Shown here one piece after another: positions 18,808 to 28,579 of a stretch of 64,000 bases of DNA (positions are counted from its first letter, which is position 1; each line of letters starts with the position of its first letter). The stretch lies in assembly GCA_050239825.1 (NCBI GenBank), contig JBFXGO010000001.1, positions 32,001-96,000 on the forward strand, in the 5' to 3' direction. This stretch comes from a bacterium (lineage in GTDB: Bacteria; Hydrothermota; 32-111). A program made the position numbers and the translations under genes. A model generated the notes under the pieces. The model saw nothing but the letters and a program-made list of their open reading frames with translations. It had not been told where the DNA came from and made no database searches.

Positions 18808-20118
18808 ATGGAAAGGTTGATGGAAAAAATTAAGACAAGAAAAGCTGTGATCGGAGTGGTAGGCATGGGCTATGTGGGGCTTCCGCTTGCGGTTGAGTTT
18901 GCAAAAAAGGGTTTCACAGTTTACGGCATAGACCTTCTTAAGGATAAGATCGATTCTTTGAAAAAAGGAAAATCCTACATAATTGATGTTAAAAACAACG
19001 AAATAAAAGAGATAATAAAAAGCGGCAGATTCATACCTACAACTGATTACTCGGTTGTCAAAAAGGTTGACTGTATTTCAATTGCTGTGCCGACTCCGCT
19101 TCAGAAGTCGAAGGACCCGGATGTTTCATACATCACATCTTCAATGAACAGCATAAGAAAGCATCTTCACAAAGATATGCTTGTAGTGCTTGAATCAACA
19201 ACATATCCAGGGACAACGAGAGAACTGATAGCGGATGAAATAGAGAAGGAAGGATATAAGACAGGCAGGGATGTATTCGTTGCATTTTCTCCGGAAAGAG
19301 TCGATCCGGGAAATTTGAAATACAACACAAAAAACACTCCGAAGGTTATTGGCGGAATAACCAAGAGGGATACGGATTTGTCAGTGGCTCTATATTCACA
19401 GGTGATTGATAAGGTAATTCCTGTGGGAACTCCGGAAGAGGCGGAGATGGTTAAACTTCTTGAAAACACATTCAGAGCTGTTAACATAGGTCTTGTAAAT
19501 GAACTCGCGATAATGTGTCACAGAATGGGAATTGATATGTGGAATGTTATTGAAGCGGCATCTACAAAACCGTTCGGATTCATGCCATTCTATCCCGGGC
19601 CCGGAATAGGAGGACATTGCATTCCTCTTGATCCTATGTACCTATCCTGGAAAGCAAAGATGTATGATTTTTACAACAGATTTATCGAGCTGTCGTCTGA
19701 TGTGAATACGAATATGCCGAGATTCGTTGTAGGAAAGGTGGCTGAAATCCTCAACAAGAGAAAAAAGTCCATAAAGGGTTCAAAGATACTTTTAATGGGA
19801 ATGTCATATAAAAAGGATATTGATGACCTCAGAGAGTCGCCCTCATTTGAAGTCTATCATCTTCTCAAAGAAGATGAGGCTTTGGTGACGGTCATAGACC
19901 CAATGGTGAATTCATTCATCGATGAGAGGGGAGACCACAGAAAAGTCAAAGTCATAAATACAATAACAGAGAAACAGCTGAAAAGCTTTGACTGCGTAAT
20001 ACTTCTGACAAACCATTCCAAATTTGATTATAAATGGTATGCAAAGCATTCAAAGGTGATATTTGACACAAGAAACGGATTCAAGGGAATCTCAAAGAAG
20101 AATATAATCAAACTATAA
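18808..20118 (+). CDS. UDP-N-acetyl-hexosamine dehydrogenase (WbpA/WecC family)
   Basis: GMGYVGLPLA, ESTTYPGTT, SPERVDPGN, GIGGHCIP and DLRESP motifs. Confidence 0.92.
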   Translation: MERLMEKIKTRKAVIGVVGMGYVGLPLAVEFAKKGFTVYGIDLLKDKIDSLKKGKSYIIDVKNNEIKEIIKSGRFIPTTDYSVVKKVDCISIAVPTPLQKSKDPDVSYITSSMNSIRKHLHKDMLVVLESTTYPGTTRELIADEIEKEGYKTGRDVFVAFSPERVDPGNLKYNTKNTPKVIGGITKRDTDLSVALYSQVIDKVIPVGTPEEAEMVKLLENTFRAVNIGLVNELAIMCHRMGIDMWNVIEAASTKPFGFMPFYPGPGIGGHCIPLDPMYLSWKAKMYDFYNRFIELSSDVNTNMPRFVVGKVAEILNKRKKSIKGSKILLMGMSYKKDIDDLRESPSFEVYHLLKEDEALVTVIDPMVNSFIDERGDHRKVKVINTITEKQLKSFDCVILLTNHSKFDYKWYAKHSKVIFDTRNGFKGISKKNIIKL

Positions 20119-20128
20119 TGGAGAAAAG

Positions 20129-22315
20129 ATGCAAGACAAAATAATCGAAGAAGACGGAAAAGAACTGCGAACATACTGGTACCTCCTAATGGAGAACAGA
20201 TACCTTCTGCTCTCAGTCTTTCTGGCTGTTTTTATTTTCATTTTCGTTTTTACAAAACTATCAAGGCCTGTTTATCAGTCAAGCTCCACTGTGCTAATTG
20301 AAAGCAGTGACAAGGGGCTTTCATTTTTCCCGATAAGGGAGATGAACCCCAGACAGACTCTGATTAACAATCATATTGAGATGATACAGTCGCGCACTCT
20401 CATAGAGAAGGTCGTTTCTGCTTTGGACAGCGATTCGACTTTGGATTCAATATATTTGAGGGACCCGAAGTATTCAAAAGAGAAAAAAATGTCAATAGTG
20501 AAGAGCGGACTTTCGGTTATTCCAATAAAAGATACGGATATACTCCGAATCTCATACAGAGACAAGACCCCGTTCAATGCATATTACATAACAAATTTGA
20601 TTGTAAGTCAGTACTATAAGGTCAATCTCGACATGACAAGGGGAGAACTGAGCGAAGTGAGGCATTTTCTTGAAGAACAGCTTTTAAAGATTGAGAATGA
20701 ACTGAAGCACTCAGAGGAGAATCTCAAGCTTTATAAAGAGGGAAATTCAATACTTGAACTCTCGGAGGAGACAAAAGTTCTAGTGCAGATGATATCCACT
20801 TACGAACAGCAGAAAAAGGCTACAGAAGTGGAGCTTATCACAATAGCGTCGCGGCTCAGGGCATTGACAAACAACCTCAATGAATCGCAGAAAGCAATGA
20901 CAGACGGACTTTTCAACACAACAAATCCTTTTATAGCCCGCTCTCTGAAGGAGCTTGAAACTCTTGAATCCAACTATGCATACTATCTCTCTATAGGATA
21001 TGATTCACTGCATCCGAAAATATTGGAGGTTAAGAGCCGAATAGAACAGATTAAAGCTCAGGTTGTCGAAACAAGCAAGACAAGCTTCAAGGAGACCTAT
21101 GTCTCTTCCAATCCTATTGAGTATACAGAGGGTATAATCGACGAAATTCTCTCTCTGCAGGTTGAAATCAAGGCAAAAGAAGCGATGCTCAATGCTCTTT
21201 CCACAGCAGTAAATGAATACGAGACTAAGATGAGAAATGTGCCATTGAAAGAGATATCGCTCGCCCGTCTTGAAAGGGACAAAAAAGTATCGGAAGAACT
21301 TTACCTGATGCTCAGAAGCAAATATGAAGAATCAAGGGTTGCAGAGGCGGGAAAACTCGGAGCTGTTAGGATAATTGACAAGGCAGTGCTGACAACAAAT
21401 CCCATTCTGCCTAAGACGAGCAGGAATCTGATTCTTGGATTCTTTCTTTCCCTTATTATAGCTATAGGAACAGTGCTTTTAAAGGAGTACATTGACGATT
21501 CAATAAAGGACATCGATGAAATAGAGAGAGAATTTAAAACAAAGACTCTCGGCAGTGTGCCGCTTATAATCCAGAAACCCGATTTAAACGGCAAAGCTGA
21601 AACCTCTTCAATGAAAACTCCTCTTATCTCCAACCTTCAGGAAGGTTCGCCTGTAAGCGAATCCTATAAAATCCTGAGGACCAATATAATTTATCTTTCG
21701 CAGGATAATCCGCCTAAGATGATGACAGTATCATCGGCTACAAAGGGAGAGGGAAAATCTACAACTGTAGCAAATCTGGGCATAGTTCTCTCTCAGCTTA
21801 ACAAGCGCACTCTGATAGTTGATGCCGATTTGAGAAGACCCACAATGAACAAACTGCTGGACATTCCATCTAAGAGCAAGGGTCTCACTCATGCAATAAA
21901 GGAGAACATCCCGCTTGCCGAATGCATACAGGAGACATCCATGCACAATCTTTATGTTCTTCCGCACGGCGAAAGGACCACACATTCGACAGAGCTTCTT
22001 GAATCACCAAAAACAAAAGTCATCTTTAAAGAGCTGAGAGAAATGTTCGACTATATTATTGTCGATACATCTCCGATGCTTTCAATAGCAGACCCGACAA
22101 TCATTTCAAGGATTTCCGATGGTATGCTTTGGGTTGTTCAATTCAAAAAAGCCCACAAGAGGGACCTGCAGTATGCGAATAAGATTCTGCAAAATATGAA
22201 TGTAAATGTGCTGGGTTTTGTATTCAACAATATAAATATGACGAGTTATTACGGTAGATATTATTACTACCATTATTATTACCACTATCATACAAAAGAA
22301 GAGGGTGACCAATGA
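20129..22315 (+). CDS. wzc: Polysaccharide co-polymerase / tyrosine autokinase (Wzc family)
   Basis: Two TM segments flank a coiled coil; GEGKST, DADLRRP and a C-terminal Tyr cluster YYGRYYYYHYYYHY are present. Confidence 0.9.
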   Translation: MQDKIIEEDGKELRTYWYLLMENRYLLLSVFLAVFIFIFVFTKLSRPVYQSSSTVLIESSDKGLSFFPIREMNPRQTLINNHIEMIQSRTLIEKVVSALDSDSTLDSIYLRDPKYSKEKKMSIVKSGLSVIPIKDTDILRISYRDKTPFNAYYITNLIVSQYYKVNLDMTRGELSEVRHFLEEQLLKIENELKHSEENLKLYKEGNSILELSEETKVLVQMISTYEQQKKATEVELITIASRLRALTNNLNESQKAMTDGLFNTTNPFIARSLKELETLESNYAYYLSIGYDSLHPKILEVKSRIEQIKAQVVETSKTSFKETYVSSNPIEYTEGIIDEILSLQVEIKAKEAMLNALSTAVNEYETKMRNVPLKEISLARLERDKKVSEELYLMLRSKYEESRVAEAGKLGAVRIIDKAVLTTNPILPKTSRNLILGFFLSLIIAIGTVLLKEYIDDSIKDIDEIEREFKTKTLGSVPLIIQKPDLNGKAETSSMKTPLISNLQEGSPVSESYKILRTNIIYLSQDNPPKMMTVSSATKGEGKSTTVANLGIVLSQLNKRTLIVDADLRRPTMNKLLDIPSKSKGLTHAIKENIPLAECIQETSMHNLYVLPHGERTTHSTELLESPKTKVIFKELREMFDYIIVDTSPMLSIADPTIISRISDGMLWVVQFKKAHKRDLQYANKILQNMNVNVLGFVFNNINMTSYYGRYYYYHYYYHYHTKEEGDQ

Positions 22316-23625
22316 AAATTTCAGTATTCGGTTTGGGCTATGTCGGCATAATCTCAGCGGCGTGTCTTGCCGAACAGGGCTATAAAGTATTAGGAGTTGA
22401 AGTGAGCAGTGATAAGATTGAACAGGTAAACAGAGGTGTATCACCCATAGTAGAACCTTATGTGAATGAAGTTGTGAAAAAGGTCACTGCCAGCGGCAAC
22501 CTGTGCGCAATTTCGGATATAAAAAAGGGGATAATGGAGACAGACATCTCGCTTATCTGTGTGGGAACTCCCTCTAAAGACACCGGCGAGGTTGACCTCT
22601 CTTACATTTTCAAAACTGCAGAGGAAATAGGAGAAGTTCTTAAGGAGAAGCAGACATACCACATCATTCTTATTAGGTCAACATCAATGCCCGGAACTGT
22701 GGACAAGTATGCGGAAATATTAGAATCAAAATCAGACAAGAGGCGCAAGAAGGATTTTGATGTCGTCGCCAATCCGGAATTTTTAAGGGAAGGAAATGCA
22801 ATGAATGATTTCTACAACCCGCCATTCACTCTTTTGGGATGTGAATGTGAATCAAGCGAAAAGACAATCCGTAAAATGTACTCATTTCTTGAATGCCCCT
22901 TCATCATAACCTCAATTCGCACGGCGGAGATGCTAAAGTATGTCAATAACACATTCCATGCTCTGAAAGTCGATTTTGCTAATGAGATATCAAGGTTCTG
23001 CAAGAAGAAGAACATTGATTCCAGAGAGGTGATTGACATCTTCGTCCTCGATAGAAAATTAAACATATCCGAGTACTATCTAAGGCCGGGATTTGCCTTC
23101 GGCGGTTCATGTCTCCCTAAGGATGTAAGGGCTTTGGCTTATGAAGCCAAAAAAATCGGAGTGAACATTCCTGTGGTTGAAAACATAATGAATTCAAATG
23201 AACTGCATATTGAGTGGGCTTTTCAGACAATAATAAAAGAGAAGGCTTCAAAAGTTGGCATCTTCGGCATCAGTTTCAAGAATGGAACGGATGACCTGAG
23301 GGAATCCCCTGCGGTTCTTCTTGTAGAGATGCTTCTCGGCAAAGGAAAAGATGTTTACATCTACGACGAGAATGTACATGTGGCAAATTTAATGGGAACA
23401 AACAAAGATTACATTGAAAGAGAGATAAAGCACATATCCACTTTGATTGAGAGTGATGCAGTGAAAATGATTGAGAAGGTTGACATACTGGTCATAGCTA
23501 ATAAGGACAATTCATACAGGGAGATAATAAACAACTACAATGGAAAAGAGGTGATTATTATAGATCTTGTGAACCTCTTCCCTGAAAAAAAGAGCGGCAA
23601 AAATTACAGAGGAATCGGCTGGTGA
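22312..23625 (+). CDS. GDP-mannose/UDP-glucose 6-dehydrogenase family (AlgD-like)
   Basis: FGLGYVG, NPEFLREG, PGFAFGGSCLPKD and DDLRESP motifs. Confidence 0.9.
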   Translation: MKISVFGLGYVGIISAACLAEQGYKVLGVEVSSDKIEQVNRGVSPIVEPYVNEVVKKVTASGNLCAISDIKKGIMETDISLICVGTPSKDTGEVDLSYIFKTAEEIGEVLKEKQTYHIILIRSTSMPGTVDKYAEILESKSDKRRKKDFDVVANPEFLREGNAMNDFYNPPFTLLGCECESSEKTIRKMYSFLECPFIITSIRTAEMLKYVNNTFHALKVDFANEISRFCKKKNIDSREVIDIFVLDRKLNISEYYLRPGFAFGGSCLPKDVRALAYEAKKIGVNIPVVENIMNSNELHIEWAFQTIIKEKASKVGIFGISFKNGTDDLRESPAVLLVEMLLGKGKDVYIYDENVHVANLMGTNKDYIEREIKHISTLIESDAVKMIEKVDILVIANKDNSYREIINNYNGKEVIIIDLVNLFPEKKSGKNYRGIGW

Positions 23626-24560
23626 GAAAAAAGATATTAGTGACCGGGTGCGCCGGTTTTATAGGTAGCAACCTCTGTAGCGCTCTTCTTTCAAATTCGG
23701 ATAATGATGTTACAGGCATTGATAATTTCTACACCGGAAGGGAGGAGAATGTTCGGTTTCTAAAAAATAGCGGCAACTTCACTTTTATAAATCATGATAT
23801 AATAAATTCAATTGATTTGAATGCCGACGAAATATATCACCTTGCATCACCCGCCTCACCCGTCTTTTACCAAAAGAATCCGATAAGGACATTGAAAATA
23901 AATTTCCTCGGAACGCTCAATGTTCTTGGTATAGCAAGAAAGAACAATTCCAAGGTGCTTCTTTCGTCGACCTCAGAGATTTATGGGGAACCTCTTGTGC
24001 ATCCGCAGAGAGAGGATTACCACGGAAATGTAAATCCGATAGGCATCAGAGCTTGTTATGACGAAGGCAAGAGAATAGCCGAGACTCTCATGTTTGAGTA
24101 TCACAGGAATCATAACCTAAAGATAAAGGTGTGCAGAATATTCAATACTTATGGTTGCTTTATGGCTGAGGATGACGGCAGGGTTGTCTCAAATTTCATC
24201 AATCAGGCATTGAATGGCAAGAATCTTACAATATACGGAGATGGAAAGCAAACCAGGTCATTCTGCTATGTTTCGGACATGGTTGACGGTTTGACGGCGA
24301 TGATGAGTTCTCAGGATGATTTTACCGGACCGGTTAATCTCGGAACAGATGACGAAAAAAGCATTCGCGAAATAGCAGAGTTGATAATCAAACTTACAAA
24401 ATCCAAATCCATTATTGAATTCAGAACTCTTCCCTCAGATGACCCATGTCGAAGAAAACCGGACCTTTCTCTTGCGAGAAAGATGCTCTCATTTGAACCC
24501 AAAGTATCTCTGGAAGAGGGATTGATGAAGACAATAAACTATTTCAGGAGCAAAAAATGA
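23622..24560 (+). CDS. UDP-glucuronate decarboxylase (UDP-xylose synthase)
   Basis: GCAGFIG, IYHLASPASP, STSEIYG, CYDEGKR and DDGRVVSNFI motifs. Confidence 0.9.
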   Translation: MRKKILVTGCAGFIGSNLCSALLSNSDNDVTGIDNFYTGREENVRFLKNSGNFTFINHDIINSIDLNADEIYHLASPASPVFYQKNPIRTLKINFLGTLNVLGIARKNNSKVLLSSTSEIYGEPLVHPQREDYHGNVNPIGIRACYDEGKRIAETLMFEYHRNHNLKIKVCRIFNTYGCFMAEDDGRVVSNFINQALNGKNLTIYGDGKQTRSFCYVSDMVDGLTAMMSSQDDFTGPVNLGTDDEKSIREIAELIIKLTKSKSIIEFRTLPSDDPCRRKPDLSLARKMLSFEPKVSLEEGLMKTINYFRSKK

Positions 24561-25585
24561 TAAGAGTTGGACTTGTTGGATGCGGAAGAATCTCCGAACG
24601 GCACTTTGAAGTCTTCAAAGAGATGAAGAATGAAATTAAGCTTGTAGCAGTGTGCGACAAGATAAAGGAGAGGGCGGATAGATATGCCGAAGAGTTCAAT
24701 GTGAATAGTTATGTCAGTTATGAAGAGATGCTTGAAAAAGAATCCCTTGAACTAATCAGTATTTGCACTCCATCAGGTCTTCACCCCAAACATGGAGTAA
24801 TGGCGGCTAAGAAGAAAATAAATGTTCTCACTGAAAAACCGATGGCTGTCTCTCTTGAAGGAGCGAATGAACTTATAAAAGCTTGCGATGACAATGATGT
24901 CAAGCTATTCGTGGTCAAGCAGAACAGGCTTAATCCTCCTATACGATTTTTGAAAAAAGCAATTGACAAGAACCGGTTCGGAAGGATTTTCATGGCTAAT
25001 GCTACTGTCTTCTGGCAGAGGCCTCAGGAGTACTATGACTTAGCTGACTGGCGTGGAAAGTGGGAGTTCGACGGAGGCGCATTCATGAATCAGGCGTCTC
25101 ACTATGTTGACCTTATACAGTGGCTTTTAGGGCCTGTGGATTATGTCACAGCCATCACTGCGACTCTTGCCAGACAGATAGAGACGGAGGATACGGGAGC
25201 CGCAGTGCTGAAGTTCCGCACAGGAGCTATAGGAGTCATTCAAGTGACTATGCTCGCTTACCCGAAAAACTATGAAGGGTCGATAACCATACTTGGGGAG
25301 ACAGGGACAGTCAAGATAGGCGGCAATGCAGTCAACAAGGTTGAAAAGTGGGAATTTGAAAAATATGATGATGATGATGCACTCGTATCTGATGCAAATT
25401 ACAGCACAAAATCAGTCTATGGATTCGGGCACACCGGATACTATGAAAATGTGCTAAGTGTGTTGAAAGCAGGCGGGAAAGCTACAACTGACGGAAGGGA
25501 AGGAAAAAAATCCATAGAACTTATACTGGCGATTTATAAATCGGCAAAGACCAACTCAACAGTGCCTTTGCCTCTTGAAAAATAA
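24557..25585 (+). CDS. Gfo/Idh/MocA oxidoreductase (WbpB/WlbA-like sugar 3-dehydrogenase)
   Basis: GCGRIS, EKPMA, VVKQNR and DGGAFMNQASHYVD motifs. Confidence 0.88.
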   Translation: MIRVGLVGCGRISERHFEVFKEMKNEIKLVAVCDKIKERADRYAEEFNVNSYVSYEEMLEKESLELISICTPSGLHPKHGVMAAKKKINVLTEKPMAVSLEGANELIKACDDNDVKLFVVKQNRLNPPIRFLKKAIDKNRFGRIFMANATVFWQRPQEYYDLADWRGKWEFDGGAFMNQASHYVDLIQWLLGPVDYVTAITATLARQIETEDTGAAVLKFRTGAIGVIQVTMLAYPKNYEGSITILGETGTVKIGGNAVNKVEKWEFEKYDDDDALVSDANYSTKSVYGFGHTGYYENVLSVLKAGGKATTDGREGKKSIELILAIYKSAKTNSTVPLPLEK

Positions 25586-25599
25586 GGAAGGATGGAAAA

Positions 25600-26748
25600 A
25601 TGAAGGTTAATCTTAGCGGTGTATCGCTTAAAGGAAATGAACTGAAGTATTTGAAGGAGATTCTCAAAACGGGAATTCTCAGCATAGGAAAATACACTGA
25701 TAGGTTTGAGAAGATGTGCGCGGAGTTCACTGGCAGAAAATACGGAATCTCCGTCTCATCAGGAACAGCGGGTCTCTTTCTTCTTTTGAATGAGAAAAAA
25801 CTCAAAGAGAATGAAGAGGTCATTACATCTCCATTCAGTTTCATAGCAACATCGAATGTAATAATCCATGCGGGCGGTTTTCCCCGCTTCTGCGACATAG
25901 ATGACAAAACTCTCTGTATGTCGGCATACAAGCTTGAAAGTATGATTGAAGAGGATTATAAAAAAGTTGGCGGAATGCTTGTAAATAAAAAATCAAAGCG
26001 AATCCTCAGGGGGATTCTCTCTGTGGATATTTTCGGCAACATATGCGAGTATGAAAAAATTGAGAAAATTGCAAAAAAACACAAACTTTTTCTGATAGAA
26101 GATTCGTGTGAAGCATTCGGCACAGAGAAAGGCAAGAGGAAGGCTGGAACATTCGGAGAATCCTCTGTCTTCGCATTCTACCCGAATAAGCAGATTACAA
26201 CTGGAGAGGGCGGGATGATAGTCACCGATTCAAAGGAAATTTACCTGAAAATGCGCGCTCTTAGGAATCAGGGAAGAAGGGATATGGATCTGTGGCTTGA
26301 GCATTCGTATCTCGGATACAATTTCAGGATTAATGAAATGTCCTCTGCTGTCGGAGTCTCTCAGATGGAAAGGGTGGAAGAGATACTCTCAAAGAGGCAG
26401 GAAGCGGCTCTCTATTATAACAAAAAGTTTGAGAAAATAAGAGAAGTGAGGATACCTTACTCCCCCAAAGACCAGACAAACGGATGGTTTGTATATGTGA
26501 TAAGGGTTGAGGCCGGAAAAAGGAACAAACTGATGGAGCATCTTATAAAAAACGACATCTCCGTCAGGCCTTATTTCACTCCGATACACACTCAGCCATG
26601 CTATAGAGGATACGGCTACAAATTGAATGATTTCCCTGTAACAGCCAAAGTATCTTCGGAAACAATCGCTATTCCATTTCATACAGAAATAAAGAGGAAG
26701 GAGCAGGATTATGTCATTAAAAAAATACGCGAATTCTTTGATAGATAG
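25600..26748 (+). CDS. DegT/DnrJ/EryC1/StrS PLP-dependent sugar aminotransferase
   Basis: SSGTAGL, IEDSCEA and FYPNKQITTGEGG motifs. Confidence 0.92.
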   Translation: MKVNLSGVSLKGNELKYLKEILKTGILSIGKYTDRFEKMCAEFTGRKYGISVSSGTAGLFLLLNEKKLKENEEVITSPFSFIATSNVIIHAGGFPRFCDIDDKTLCMSAYKLESMIEEDYKKVGGMLVNKKSKRILRGILSVDIFGNICEYEKIEKIAKKHKLFLIEDSCEAFGTEKGKRKAGTFGESSVFAFYPNKQITTGEGGMIVTDSKEIYLKMRALRNQGRRDMDLWLEHSYLGYNFRINEMSSAVGVSQMERVEEILSKRQEAALYYNKKFEKIREVRIPYSPKDQTNGWFVYVIRVEAGKRNKLMEHLIKNDISVRPYFTPIHTQPCYRGYGYKLNDFPVTAKVSSETIAIPFHTEIKRKEQDYVIKKIREFFDR

Positions 26749-28579
26749 GATTTTAACCCCCAGCTATCTGAAGAGATTTGTCTTTTTCGTTCTTGCTGAC
26801 ACGGCGGTGTTTTTGATATCCTATCTGCTCTCTTTCAGCATTCGTTTCAGCATTAGCGATTTTTTTCTGCACTTTGAAACATTCAAGATTTTTCTTCCGA
26901 TATTCATACTTTCCAAACTTATTATGCTTCTTCTCTTTGACATGTATGCAATATCATGGAAGTATTTCTCGATGCGCGATGCAGTTAAGATGTTTGTCTC
27001 TCTCTTCTCTGCGCAGATTTTAGCGTATATTACCGCATACTTTCTATTTCGTAGCAGTCTTATAGTTGTTCTTTCGAGGTCTGTTTTCTTCCTTGATTTT
27101 TTTATATCACTCTTTCTTCTATTCGCGTTGAGGAGCTTTAAAAGAGTGATGCTCTTTATGATGAACAGAGAGAATAATGAAAAAAAGAAAATTGTTATTT
27201 ACGGAGCGGGAGACGGGGGCGAACAGATTGTGAGGGAGATGCTTAAAAAAGAGAGTCCCTACGACCCTGTGGCAATAGTAGATGACAATAAAAACAAGTG
27301 GAAGATGAGAATACACGGCATCACCATCCGCGGAGGCATTGAGGAAATAAAGAAAATAATGAAGAAAACCGGCGCATCGGCTGTGTTGATAGCCATTCCA
27401 TCAATAAAGAAAGAACGGCTTAATGAAATTTTCAACCTGCTTGAGAGAGAGCATATTAAAGACATCAAGATACTCCCGTCGTTTCAGGAAGCCCTTGACG
27501 GAAAGATGACTCTGCAGAGCGTAAAGAACATTGATATTGCAGATTTGTTGGGAAGAGAGAGCGTCAAGCTTGATCAGGCTCAGATAGGCGCTTACCTGAG
27601 AGACCAAACAATTCTTATAACAGGGGCATGCGGCTCCATAGGCTCGGAAATATTCAGGCAGGTTTTGAAATATTCGCCCAAGATGGTGTTAGCGCTTGAT
27701 ATAGATGAAACGGAGCTCTTCTACATAGAGAACAGAACCCCCTCCGAATTCAAAGAGAGGGTTAAGCCGATTCTTGCAGATGTGAGGGACAAAAAGATAA
27801 TAGAAAAAATATTTCTGACACAGGAGATAGATGTTGTCTTCCATGCGGCCGCTCTCAAACATGTGTCCATGTGCGAACAATTTCCCGATGAGGGAGTGAA
27901 GACAAATATAATGGGTACTTATAATCTTACAAGCGCCGCTAAGGGCAAGGCGAAGAGGTTTCTATTCATATCGACGGATAAGGCTGTTAATCCCTCTTCC
28001 ATAATGGGCGGCACCAAACGAATAGCGGAATACATTGTGACTTCATCAGCGGGAGGCGGAACGATATTTTCATGCGTAAGATTCGGAAATGTGCTTGGTT
28101 CAAGAGGAAGCGTGCTTCCCATATTTGAGGAGCAGATTAATAACAAAAAGCCCGTCACAATAACCCATCCGGAGATGAAGAGATATTTTATGACAACTCA
28201 GGAGGCTGTGCAGCTCTGTCTTGAAGCGGCGGGCGGAGCTTTGGGAGGAGAGGTCTTTATTCTGGACATGGGAGAGCCCGTCTATATAAAAGACCTTGCC
28301 GAAAAAATGATTCGTATGTTCGGATTTGAACCATACACGGATGTTCCGATAATATACACAGGAAAAAGAAAGGGTGAAAAGCTTTTTGAGGAACTGTTGA
28401 GATCTGAAGAGGGTGTGGAGGAGACAAGGTTCGAGAAAATTTTCAAAGCCGTCGGAAGCAACAAAATGGCGCAATCGGATATAGGAAGCATGGTCGAAAA
28501 TTTTCTTAAGGCAGAGAAACATGAAGATGTGAAAAACCTTTTAAAATCCTATATTCCCCGCTTCAAATATGAAGAATGA
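26711..28579 (+). CDS. Membrane-bound UDP-GlcNAc 4,6-dehydratase (PglF/CapD family)
   Basis: N-terminal TM segments; ITGACGSIGSE, HAAALKHV, ISTDKAVNP and VRFGNVLGSRGSV motifs. Confidence 0.92.
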   Translation: MSLKKYANSLIDRILTPSYLKRFVFFVLADTAVFLISYLLSFSIRFSISDFFLHFETFKIFLPIFILSKLIMLLLFDMYAISWKYFSMRDAVKMFVSLFSAQILAYITAYFLFRSSLIVVLSRSVFFLDFFISLFLLFALRSFKRVMLFMMNRENNEKKKIVIYGAGDGGEQIVREMLKKESPYDPVAIVDDNKNKWKMRIHGITIRGGIEEIKKIMKKTGASAVLIAIPSIKKERLNEIFNLLEREHIKDIKILPSFQEALDGKMTLQSVKNIDIADLLGRESVKLDQAQIGAYLRDQTILITGACGSIGSEIFRQVLKYSPKMVLALDIDETELFYIENRTPSEFKERVKPILADVRDKKIIEKIFLTQEIDVVFHAAALKHVSMCEQFPDEGVKTNIMGTYNLTSAAKGKAKRFLFISTDKAVNPSSIMGGTKRIAEYIVTSSAGGGTIFSCVRFGNVLGSRGSVLPIFEEQINNKKPVTITHPEMKRYFMTTQEAVQLCLEAAGGALGGEVFILDMGEPVYIKDLAEKMIRMFGFEPYTDVPIIYTGKRKGEKLFEELLRSEEGVEETRFEKIFKAVGSNKMAQSDIGSMVENFLKAEKHEDVKNLLKSYIPRFKYEE

